A model generated the notes under the pieces. That model was given only the letters and a program-made list of their open reading frames with translations. It had not been told where the DNA came from and did no database searches. From Octopus vulgaris (taxonomy: Eukaryota): a stretch of 64,000 nucleotides of DNA. The position numbers were made by a program, and so were the translations under genes. This document shows, in pieces, positions 11,146 through 58,460 of this stretch; positions within the stretch are counted from its first letter, which is position 1, and every line of letters begins with the position of its first letter. The stretch is taken from positions 32,798,001 to 32,862,000 of the forward strand of contig OX597833.1 of the NCBI GenBank assembly GCA_951406725.2, written 5' to 3'.

Positions 11146-11781
11146 GAACTCCCTGGTTTGGATTTGAAAACACTGAAAGTAGGAGCATACCTTTTCGGCT
11201 TCCCATCGCCTCCGAAGATCTACTCGAAACTAACAGTGCCAGCAAATTCAAACATGCAAGCGAAGAATTTCTGCTCTCCCCCTTCCACCAGCGTGGGTTA
11301 AAATCAGCAAACAACATGCTTTTTTTCGGTAAAATCCGAGGCATTAAATAGAGAGAGATGAATTATAATTTCAACAATTGAGGGTAAAATTAATTAATTA
11401 ATCAATTTCACCAAGTATTCAGTATGCAAAGGGACCATTTAAGGCGAATTCAAATTATTACATTATATAAAAGGGCTTAGTAAAATAAATTACTTTGCTG
11501 CATACTGAATACTTGGTGAAATTGATTAATTAATTAATTTTACCCTCAATTGTTGAAATTATAATTCATCTCTCTCTATTTAATGCCTCGGATTTTACCG
11601 AAAAAAAGCATGTTGTTTGCTGATTTTAACCCACGCTGGTGGAAGGGGGAGAGCAGAAATTCTTCGCTTGCATGTTTGAATTTGCTGGCACTGTTAGTTT
11701 CGAGTAGATCTTCGGAGGCGATGGGAAGCCGAAAAGGTATGCTCCTACTTTCAGTGTTTTCAAATCCAAACCAGGGAGTTC

Positions 11782-11834
11782 TGAGCTGATGATAGAAGTG
11801 TCGTTTTTGACTAATCTTGAAACGTACGTTCTCA
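11782..11834 (+). ncRNA. Hammerhead ribozyme motif in the inverted copy (core intact)
   Basis: TGAG CTGATGA (11786-11792) ... GAAA (11819-11822) CGTACG TT CTCA. Confidence 0.75.
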
Positions 11835-12057
11835 AATAACCTTTGCATTTGATTTTTTAATGTTTCTACCCTCATACTTTCGTGAGTTGAATTGAGCAAA
11901 CACTATACGAGAGAGATTTTCTTTAAGTATTGGAAATAGTTTTAAAAAAGTTTTTTTAGCTGCTATTTCTAATGAGTTCAGTATGCGGCAAAGTAATTTA
12001 TTTTACTAAGCCCTTTTATATAATATAAATATATATATATATTATGGACATATATAT

Positions 12058-12152
<95 letters not shown>

Positions 12153-12299
12153 TGTATGTATGTGTATATGCGTGTATGTGCGTGTGTATATATATATATA
12201 TATATATATACATATATAAACCCAGTGGAATATGAACTTTATCTGCATATTCAAAACGTTTCTCGTACGCAAATTAAAAAAATTATTAATACATATATA

Positions 12300-12603
12300 G
12301 GATCTTTTCTTTTTGCTGGACGGAATTTTCTAGTTAACTAAAAAATTTGAAACTTCGTATACTGGTAGAATGTGTCAAAAGAAAACATTATTGTAAACAA
12401 AATTGAAAACAAAATTGTAATTTCTAAGTTTAACGTAGTTTAATTCTTCGAATTTTAACCAATGAAATCCCAGCATTTGAGCTGAAATCATTTGCTGCGT
12501 TATCGATATTGATAAAGAAACATAGCAGACGCACACACACATATATATTCAGATACATACACACGTACACTTGCACACACACACACACGCTCTCTCCCTG
12601 TCA

Positions 12604-12643
<40 letters not shown>

Positions 12644-13426
12644 CACATGCATATACATTTGCACAAGCACATAGTAATTAATATATAAGCGTACACACAC
12701 ATACAAACGGCGATATACATACACACACATACGCACACAAGCATACATACACGTTCGTGAGTTCGCGTCCCCTCTGTGTTTTGCCCCTTGCCGCAACAAA
12801 TTTACACAAAAGGTAAATAAACCAGAATGTTTCATCGTTTCGGGGTCGATAAATTAAGTATCAATTACGCACTGGTGTCGAGGATTTTTTTCCCAATTTA
12901 TATCACAGCCTCCGACAAGCTGGGGCATCCTTTTATGAAAAAATATTTCGCAAATTTTTACAATACGACCCACACTCCACGCGCACCCTCATATCCCACT
13001 CTAGACCGATTTAGGCATATTATTGTTTTGTTTTTGTTGTTTCTGGCCCTTCAAAACCATGGGAGAAGCCTTTTCGGTAAAAAAAAGAAAATATTAAAAA
13101 AATATCGTTAATATTTTTATTGGGCGACGAAATTCATCGATTTAAGAGATATAGCTGTTATTTCTAGCACATGCAGAAGACAGAAGAGAGAAGGATGAAT
13201 AAGACGTGTGTGTGTGAGTTTTTAAACGCAGCAAATGATTTCAGCACAAATGCTGGGATTTCATTGGTTAAAATTCGAAGAATTAAACTACGTTAAACTT
13301 ACAAATTACAATTTTGTTTTCAATTTTGTTTGCAATAATGTTTTCTTTTGACACATTCTACCAGTATACGAAGTTTCAAATTATTTAGTTAACTAGAAAA
13401 TTCCGTCCATCAAAAAGAAAAGATCC
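12300..13426. mobile_element. Non-autonomous DNA transposon with ~200-bp TIRs (GGATCTTTTC ends) and 8-bp TSD
   Basis: Arms 12300-12501 and ~13225-13426 are near-perfect reverse complements. CATATATA flanks both ends. No coding interior. Confidence 0.85.
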
Positions 13427-14196
13427 CATATATATCTATATACTAAGAATAAATATATATATATATATATATGTACAAACTTACTTTATATACATACATA
13501 TATACTCACACATACACATTCACCCAAACACGCACACACATATACACACATACGCACACACACACAAACACACAGACACACACTCATTCATGCTTTATAG
13601 ATATTATCAAAGTTCAAATGTTTGTACAGAGCGGAGCTTGTATGGCATAAGAAGAAGTTATAAACAGATAATACAAAAGAGAACTGCTGTTCAGTGAAGA
13701 CATAGAAAACCTTTGTTGATATGTCATTCATATTTGATTTTTTTCTTCTTTGCTTTACCAACCATTGAAATCTTTAAACTCAACTTTCATTAGCGCACGT
13801 CACACGCAACACATCACATGTTAACCCATACCAATAGACATAATCAACTCCTCTATGAAACACTTAAGATATTCTTAGTGAACATTTTTATCTAGTCAAT
13901 TTACATGAATTCAAGATGCAGACGTTTAACCACATATTCGTTATTGATGATGCATATACATAAGTGATACACAGGGTCAGATTGAATGCCATCTACCCCA
14001 TTCTGCAAATGAACTCAATGTCTAAATTATAAATCCACCGAATATATTTTAAAGTAAATAATGTTTGTCACGATATGTACAAATAAACACACACATACGT
14101 ATATATGCATACTCAACCTCATCCTCGCATAGATATATACCTACATTTATATATAGACATAAAAATGGAAATATATACACAAGCATAAAAGGTGTG

Positions 14197-14804
14197 TACA
14201 CTCGTACAGGTATATATTCACACTCGCCGCAAACATGAATATACATATATATACATATGTATAGAGGTGCATATATATATATATATAAACCTTCCTGCCT
14301 ATCAACACACTTACAACTGCAGATATATACAAGCGTATATACATACATATATGTTGTTGTTGTTTTTGTGTGTTGTGTGCAATTATATATTTAAAATTTG
14401 TAGTTGAACTAAAGCTAATTTTTAGGCTATGCGTTTTAAAGTGCGGTCTTTACGATATGGAAAGATGGCTCATCTGGAAAAGTTCTTTAGACTCCACTAC
14501 ATGTCTAAATTCAAGAACTGAACTTTTGAATCATGTCCACATATGACAAAATACTTGTTACGTTTTTGTCCCCACCCCCCGACAAAAGATAGGACCTGCT
14601 TTTTTAATTATGTATCCGTTGCATAAGAGTGACTGTCATGCACATGTCTCCTTCCTTTATACATATATGTATGTATATACGTTTGTATATCTGAAGTTGT
14701 AGGTGTGTTAATAGATAGGAGGGTGCATATGTATTTAGATGCACCTCTATACATGTATATATTCATGTTTGCGGCGAGTGTGAATATATACCTGTACGAG
14801 TGTA
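14197..14804. repeat. Inverted repeat (~150-bp arms, ~300-bp spacer)
   Basis: tacactcgtacaggtatatattcacactcgccgcaaacatgaat (14197) is mirrored at ~14761-14804. Arms 14197-14354 and 14661-14804. Confidence 0.8.
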
Positions 14805-14821
14805 AAAAAACATTTTAGGAG

Positions 14822-15975
14822 TTAGACCCAGACCCGAGACTGAAACAGGATGCACATGTAGGGGTAACACAACTTGTCCACTAAACGGCCAATGCTATAC
14901 GGAAACAGTTGTTTACGAGCAGAATAGCAACAGGACTCAGTGGACAACCGAGCGTGCGGTAATATGTGGGGGCAACTAAATGACCCTTCAGAACCCGCTT
15001 TAATAATCACAAGTCATCATTCAACATCCCAGAGTGATGTAACGCTACAACTCTAGCCAAGCAAGTCTGGGCTTTGAAAGAAAGCGCTACGAAGTACAGC
15101 ATAAAGTGGAATGTCAGAGAAAGATGCAAACCGTACGTCAATAGTAGCAGGGAAAGCAGTTTATGCCTGGCTGAGAAGAGAGCGATTTTAAAAGGTATCC
15201 ACTCAATAGCAGGAGTGAGATATTTAATCCTTGTCTGCATGAAAGTACATTCTATCATACCTGCACGACCCACCATGACTGCAACTACATGTCCCCTGCC
15301 TCGACCTGCCGCAAACGCCAGTCCATAAATGCTCTTGGCCCCCGCAGAAAGAGTTTAACCAAGACACACACCAATGCACCCATGTACACATATGTACACC
15401 CCTATAAGGCGGATATCCCGCATGTAACTATCCCCACCACACCCAGCACATACCCATCTCACGCAAATTATGCTCCTACCTAAACACAGATCCCACCACA
15501 CACACACATTAAATATTACACACAGCACGCTAATATAAAACCCCACGACTTTATCCTTTACAGAAACAAAACAAACCAACGAACACAGGGCTATATATAC
15601 CTACACCCACAGAAGAAATTATACATATGACACTGCTACACGTACCACACACCTCATTCCACACACTCCATCCCCGCAGGGATACCATATTATTAATACA
15701 CACTTTACCCACTTCAAGATAACTCTTGCCGGCTTCTCAACACACCTAACGAAGGGACATAACTCTTAGTCAAATCCCCTGGTCCATTTATCATTACACC
15801 AATCTTTTCTCATCAGCCGCTAACCGGTTGTGCTAATCCACCTCCGACAGTCGCCATATTATCTTCCATATCGGCTACCTCTGATGAGCGGAATAATATT
15901 ATTGGGTTTTTACATACCATTCCATTGTATTTTTGCGTAAAACCGATTGGTAAGACCAGCCGTGATGGGTACTTC
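14822..15975 (+). mobile_element. Decayed PLE 3' end: GIY-YIG endonuclease plus pLTR with degenerate hammerhead
   Basis: Broken frames give CPLNGQC...VVY, YVGATK*PFRTRFNNHKSSF, NATTLAKQVWALK, YSIKWNV and SLCLAEKRAIL. Downstream is cggctacct CTGATGA gcgg...tgc GTAAAA ccgattgg TA agaccagccg at ~15872-15962. Confidence 0.8.
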
Positions 15976-15991
15976 ATACTATAAAATTCGG

Positions 15992-16046
<55 letters not shown>

Positions 16047-16700
16047 GTATATACACACTCACAAATTCGTTTGTGTGTGTGTGTATTTTGGGGAGGGTGG
16101 CTTTGAGCATGAGCGCGGTTTATTTCTGTACTGATTGAAAGAAAATGGTGAAGATCGTGAACGTCTAGAATGTACTATGCTCGACATAATCTATTTCCTC
16201 CTACCAGAGGGTTGACCTGCTCAGAGCTCGACATTTTCTAGCGCTGAGCTAGATAAAATCGTCGAAACAGTTGCATTTATAAATATTTCTGGACCCCGGC
16301 TTGTAGCTGTGTATTTTTTCGCAAAGAGTTGTTGTTTAACTAACTCAAAGCCGAATCTAAACGCACAAACATGTTATCAAATGCATTTCAACCGTAACTT
16401 CACCGTTTTCCCTTTCAAGAATAATGTATCCCAATATCGATAATAGCTGATTTGTGTAGGATTTTATAGTGACTTTTTCAGCAGTGACGGATTTATCGTT
16501 AGTGCATCTGTGTACAAACTAAACTGTAAATATTAGAGTCTTTTATACAGTACTCATCAACTCTGATTTTTATCTTTTTTCTTTTTTCTTTTACAGATTG
16601 GATTTGACTGCAACTAATTGTGATAACACGAAAAGAATAAAAACTATAGAAGAAAAAAGAAGAAAAAATTCGTTCGTTTTTTTAAGCAACTAGGACAACT

Positions 16701-51821
<35,121 letters not shown>

Positions 51822-52154
51822 CATGCTGTCATGGAACGAATTGGATTACATGGCCATTTACAAGGAAAATCGTTTGCTCGGCCTATTGGCACATAAATAG
51901 GATACAATATTGTACACACATGCACATACACATATGTGTGTGAGTGTATGTGCAAGTGCACATACGTATGTACATTGTGCATATGTGCATATTTATCTAT
52001 ACATACATAAATACATACACACTCACACATATTAAATTAAATCCAATACAAGGAAAATAAGGATGAAAACATTCAATCTTTAGTTGGCTCCACTGTTTAA
52101 TACCCAATCTTATACAGAAAAACTTTACAATTCACATGGGTATATATTAAATTC

Positions 52155-52557
52155 ATAAAAATGAATAAAAAAAATGAATATATACAATTGACAATTCAGA
52201 AATTAAAATTTATTAACATAATATTATACTATTATTATAATATAATATAATAAATAATTAATATTAAATACAAATTACATACAATTGTTTCGATTCTTAC
52301 ACAAAATAAAATTAGAAAAATCCATTGTTAGTGAGTAAGAATCTCTTCGGATGTATGAATCCTCATATGTCAAAAATTACACTGAAGAGATTCTTATTCA
52401 CAAACAATGGATTTTTTTAATTAATTTACAATTGTATGTAATTTGTTTTTAATATTTATCATTTATTATATCATAAGAATATAATATAATATTATGTTAA
52501 TAAATTTTAATTTTTGAATTGACAATTGTATATCTCCATTTTCTATTCATTTATATA
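52155..52557. repeat. Imperfect AT-rich palindrome containing two differently damaged hammerheads
   Basis: Left arm (minus, 52276-52355): TACAT CCGAAGA GATTCTTAC...GTAAGAATC GAAA CAATTG TA TGTA. The right arm keeps CTGAAGA (~52382) but has lost GAAA. Confidence 0.8.
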
Positions 52558-52560
52558 TAT

Positions 52561-52880
52561 TATTTATTTATTTAAAGGACACAATACATGTCTTTAAGTG
52601 CTACTAATAGTTTCATATGTTGAGAAATATCTCAGACATATTCAACATATTCATCAGGCACAAACCACATATCATAAGGTATAAGCCTAATGAAGAACTC
52701 ACATATATGCATAAAAAGTCTTGTCACCCTCCTGTGATATCTAAAAATATGATTGTTAATTATTAGTAACAGCGTGTTTAACCTCTCTTCCTCTAAATAA
52801 ATTTTCGAGAAAGCAGCCTCCTACTATTACAATGCTCTAGCCAATAGTGGCTTCAAAGATAAATTGATATATAATACCTC

Positions 52881-52954
<74 letters not shown>

Positions 52955-53868
52955 GTAGTAGTAGATCTAGTAACATCAAAGACAAAGTAATAGATAATTC
53001 CTCTAATATTATTCAAATGATAATAAGAGACCAAAAAATTGGCCAAGGAAAACTACTTAATAGGCGTTATGTGAAATTATCATACAGCTATTGCCTGAAT
53101 AGGAAGAGTATCATTACTCGTGGTCAATACCAAGAGTCTAGAACCAGCTGTAACAGTCGCGACCCAGGATCTTGTCCACTTGACCAACGATGTATGATTA
53201 AATCTAACATATATGAGGCAGAAGTTACTGAAACCCTAAACAATAATACAACAGATAAGAAGGCCTATATAGGATTATGTGAAGAGGAATTTAAAACTCG
53301 CTATACCAAACACATAGCCTCCTTCCGGCATAAAGACAAAAACAAAGTTAATAATTTGGCTAACGAGACACCACATATGATTATGTGGAAAATAATTGAG
53401 AAATCCATACCTAATTTTAATGGATCGAATAAATGTAGGCTTTGTTTAAGTGAAAGAGCGCAGATCCTGTTCAGATCTAAGATCTCCCGATCTGAAATTT
53501 TCACCGGTAGCAAGCATATGTATAAATATATTTTGAAGAATTGAAAAATCCCGCCTATTCCTGATTAAGTTGTTGATATCTTTCAAGCCTTAGAATTTAA
53601 GGTCTAAGGCGAATAACTCTTTTACCATTATTACTTTTTACTTTTTACATTTAATTTTTTGCTTTCTTTTTCCGTTTTTTCAACCATCCGCATTTATTAT
53701 ATGCTGCGTTCTCAGATTTTTCGCGTTTCTTCTCTTATTCGATACGTTTTCTTTTAGTTCGTTATGATATGTGGTTTGTACTCAATATATATGTTTGGGA
53801 TATTTCTGAACATATGAAATTATTAGTTGCACTTAAAGACATGTATTGTGTCCTTTAAATAAATAATA
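52561..53868 (+). mobile_element. 5'-truncated PLE: GIY-YIG fragment flanked by inverted pLTR segments
   Basis: ORF with CPLDQRCMIKSNIYEA, AYIGLCEEEFKTRY, WKII and KCRLCLSE. Segment 52561-52677 is the reverse complement of ~53762-53868. Confidence 0.88.
52598..52661 (-). ncRNA. Hammerhead ribozyme motif (intact, best-formed in the window)
   Basis: GTGC CTGATGA ATATGTTGA...TCAACATAT GAAA CTATTAG TA GCAC. 9-bp stem II, GUA site. Confidence 0.88.
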
Positions 53869-54016
53869 TTTATCTCTCACCACATGGAGTACTTTTTTAC
53901 GAATTTTCTATCACAGAAGCATACAGTATGTCTATATAGACATGAATGCATATTTGCATGTGCATGTCAATACATGATTATGAAAATATTTTATTGCGTG
54001 TGTATATCTCTCTCTC

Positions 54017-54077
<61 letters not shown>

Positions 54078-54151
54078 GTTTTTATATATAAAGAACGTGA
54101 AATACAGGAAGGGACGAACACGGAACACAGACAAATCATTCGCTAGGAAAC

Positions 54152-54197
<46 letters not shown>

Positions 54198-54224
54198 ATA
54201 TATATGTATATGTATGTATGTATG

Positions 54225-54321
<97 letters not shown>

Positions 54322-54326
54322 GTATG

Positions 54327-54405
<79 letters not shown>

Positions 54406-54558
54406 CAGAATTGAACAAGAAAGAAAAACATCCAGACAGTTAGGTGATACAAAAATGGGACAACAAAACATCCAGATAGACGATACAAAGAAAACAAGGA
54501 TGGGTCATTCAAAGTTTTCGTTTCTCAGTCAAGTACCAGATTATCTTCGCAATTTCGG

Positions 54559-54611
<53 letters not shown>

Positions 54612-54935
54612 ATGCATATATATGTGTATGTCTGTATGAATGTACTATATCCTTGAAGTCTTGGATTATTAGAACGTCTACTTCAGTATACCTCATACAC
54701 AGTAAAACCAGAAAGACTCCACTATATCTGACCCCTACTATGTACTCTTTTTACTTATAGTGTCTATGTTATTCCATTCGTCACGTGGGAGGGGTGTACC
54801 ACTATTACTAATTCCCTACAACAGAAAGTGGCCCCTTTCAAGTTAAATATTATCGTAGGAGCCTGATAGCAAATAAAATACCAGATATCAAAATGTATCA
54901 TGTATTCACGTATGTATGCGCATATCTATCTATCA

Positions 54936-55005
<70 letters not shown>

Positions 55006-55031
55006 TTAAAATATTGTATATTATATATTTG

Positions 55032-55063
<32 letters not shown>

Positions 55064-55297
55064 AATTATATATGCATGTATATATGTAATATATATGTGT
55101 GTGTGTATGTTCATGTAGCAATATATGTTCTAATGTATACTGTTCAGGTATTTTTGTTTTAAACTGAAAAAAGCAAGGAATGTCATGGACAAAATAGAAC
55201 TGAAAATTCAACAGACGCCTGTTTGCTTGTCTTGCCCTCTTGCATTGTAATTGTTCCTGTATAGCATGAAAGAATTTGTTGTATGATATATATAAGA

Positions 55298-56624
55298 AAA
55301 TTACAATGAATACGGAGAATAATACATCAGCTCATTTTACAGTCAATTGTACTGGGTATTTATTTTAAATAGGTCCGACATACGTTTCTGCAGCATAGAC
55401 AACTCGCAACTGTATTTGCACCCAGTTTCATTCACCTGGTTAAGAGTCTATGCAATCGGTCATGGTTTGAAGCGAAATAAGAGTACGTTGGTAGGGGACT
55501 AAAGATTGAGTGAAATGAATTGCAGAACAACATTTGGAAGCTTCTTATATCGCTATAAAAACGCTTATCAAGTTGACACTAGTATGACTGAAAATTTGCC
55601 TTCTTAAAGTACATTGTCTGAGAAAAAAATAGTGTACTGTAGTAGGATTCCATCAGGTGGAATTTCGCACTTTTTATTGGAGCAAACTCGACGAAAATGC
55701 ATAGCAGGAACTTGCGTAGGTTTATTTGGCTCCTGAAGGATAAAAACACTGACATTAATATAGCAAGCGAAATAGTAGACCTAACGTAATCGGATGAAAA
55801 ATTACAATTTATGCCGGGAAGAACTATTCCATATTTTAACTTCTAAACACCAGTTACTAAATAGGAAGCAGGAACTAGCTCTAAGAAGAGCAAAAATTTA
55901 CAGAAAGGTATTGAAATATTTCCATAGAAAAGATTGAGTAAGCACCACGTACTTAGGACCTGCTAGAATTTACGTGGTAAATATCAACGTAATATCTAAT
56001 TTTGCCTATATCCTGGTATTAATTAATATTTTTCTTATGTAAAGCTCCAAATATGAAATAACTATATGTCTAGGAGGACTACATCTTCATGCAGATTAAT
56101 CTTGAGTTACATAGATAAAGATTCGGATTGGCTTTACAAGTAGGTTTTACATATATCTCAAAATTATATCTGATTTGGAGACCCATAATTATACTCATAT
56201 ATCTCTAAAACCCATTAATTTGTAATTCATTTGTAAGGCCAGTGTTTGAAATATACCCTGACCTAATTTAGGATCTAGTTTTCATGATTCGGAATTAAAG
56301 CTTTTAGTTATACTAGAGCCAACCTGAAAAGCGTTTTTATAGCGATATATGAAGTTTCCAAATGTTGCTCTCCCATTCATTGCACTCAAAAGCTTTAGTC
56401 CCCAACCGCATATAACGCTTGCTAAACCAACATACTCTTTAGTTTGTGTCAAGCCACGGCGCTTTGTATAAAGCTGCATAGACTCTTAATGGAACTGGGT
56501 GCAAATGCAGTTGCGAGATATTTATGTAGCAGAAACGTACCGTGGACAGATTTAAATTAATCATCCTGTACAATTGACTAAAAAAAAATGTGCTGATGTA
56601 TTAATCACCGTATTCATTGTAATT
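55298..56624 (+). mobile_element. Old PLE remnant with ~290-bp diverged inverted repeats
   Basis: aattacaatgaatacgg...actagtatgact (~55298-55590) mirrors ~56305-56624. The interior reads LRRFIWLLKDKN...NLCREELFHIL...LLNRKQEL, like a PLE C-terminus. Confidence 0.7.
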
Positions 56625-56789
56625 GCGTTAGATGTACACTTTCAGAACTATTTAAAATCTAATGAAACGATTCCAGGATTTACCCACCGGATAAAATACG
56701 TTGGGACTCCATACTTAAAATAATTGTCAACGTTCCTTGCCACTCAATGTCGTTAGCCATACTTGACTCATGAATGGTACCCGCCCAGT

Positions 56790-56863
<74 letters not shown>

Positions 56864-56869
<6 letters not shown>

Positions 56870-57137
56870 GCCGTATACTGTCAATCTAACAAGAACGTGA
56901 CAGTAGGGGGTACACCACCGTTGTATAGCCCTAGGAGGCATCGAATGCCTCCTGACAGCTTCGACACATTTTTTCCCTGTGTCGAAGCTGTCAGAAGGCG
57001 TTCGATGCCTCCTAGGGCTATACAACGGTGGTGTACCCCCTACTGTCACGTTCTTGTTAGATTGACAGTATACGGCCATTCTATCGCCCCACCACCGTAC
57101 AGGTCTCTACGAGAGATTTAGAAATTCAATATTTCTT
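56864..57137. repeat. Palindrome (~105-bp arms) of the structured-module repeat
   Basis: agaatggccgtatactg...cttcgacaca is mirrored by tgtgtcgaag...cagtatacggccattct. The right arm extends with homology to 3845-3900. Confidence 0.9.
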
Positions 57138-57411
57138 ATATATATATATATATACACACATATACAAACGCACACATACACACACAATGTATGTGAATGG
57201 AAGGGTGCGTCTATTTATGTATGTATCAATGTTTTACTGTCTCCAAAAGCAACAGTTAAACATGTTCTGACTATTAATATGATTATTGTTACCTAACATG
57301 TGCCAGTCGTGAAAAGTTGTAATTATCATCCGTAATCCCTTCCTTTCATTTGTTTGGCAGTGCATCTACTTTAGAAACCATCATTATTTTTTGTGCCAAT
57401 AATAAACATAG

Positions 57412-57499
<88 letters not shown>

Positions 57500-58053
57500 G
57501 AGTGAGCGAGCAGAGCATGCCATCAAAGTGACACTGGGGTAAAATATACGAAGCCCAATATACCCATCATGACTACCCGTCTGATAAGGGTACACCAGGC
57601 ACATGCATCACAACCATATGTGCGCGACATGGTGATCTCATATCAAGATAAACAGCACATGATCTTGCAGGTGGAGCCCAGTTAGAATTTTCTTCAGATC
57701 GAGTAACCCATCCCGCTCAAAAGGTCCTTGAATAAGGGTTGTTTAAGGACGTTGAACGAAACACCCATGTTTCCAGAGGTGAATTATTCAAACCCCAAAG
57801 AATCCTTCTCAACACATGGCTATGATGCTCCCCCACTACTTCTGCTCGTGATCAGAGATGCACATATCGTCAGCCACTAAGAGACATGCTCAACTGGTTA
57901 TGGTCAAACAACTGACAAGCAAATCTGTGGTATTGAGCAGAATATTTGCTGTAGCCCATCTTTTGTACCAAGACAAAACTATGTACATGATATCACCTCC
58001 AATCAGTTAAGATAAGAAGCCACGAGAGCCACTGCTTAGCACTGCATCAGGGC

Positions 58054-58056
<3 letters not shown>
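57500..58056 (-). mobile_element. Family D repeat embedded in (TTA)n on both sides
   Basis: Reverse complement of 43789-44344. Confidence 0.85.
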
Positions 58057-58122
<66 letters not shown>

Positions 58123-58125
58123 TAC

Positions 58126-58210
<85 letters not shown>

Positions 58211-58256
58211 TTGTCATGCTCGTATTCATCGTCATCAACATTAGTATTTGTATCGG

Positions 58257-58460
58257 ACGGCAAGCTGGCAGAATCGTTGGTTTGCTAGGCAAAATGCTTA
58301 GCAGAATTTCGAATGTTTTTACGTTCTGGGTTCGAATTCTGCGGAGGTCGATTTTGCCTTTCATCATTTAGGCGGTCAATAAAGTAAGTACCACTTGTGC
58401 ACTGGGGTCGATGTCATCGACTTACTCCCCTCCCTCGAAATTGCTGGATTTGAAACCAAT
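58257..58460 (+). mobile_element. SINE family C copy
   Basis: ggcaagctggcagaatcgtt...gggttcgaattctgcggaggtcgattttgcctttcatc. Confidence 0.8.

Larger units (their letters stand above)
10253..12023. mobile_element. Tandem plus inverted array of a ~560-bp hammerhead-containing unit (PLE pLTR array / retrozyme-like), inserted in (TA)n
   Basis: Units start at 10253, 10812 and 11372 (partial) and differ by only a few bases. An inverted copy spans ~11500-12023, joined through the shared microhomology GCATACTGAA. Confidence 0.9.

Noticed and set aside
10468-11899. Triplicated 107-aa, 69-aa and 68-aa ORFs
   Set aside because: They recur only because the 560-bp unit is repeated. They overlap in several frames, two start at TTG, and none has a recognisable domain.
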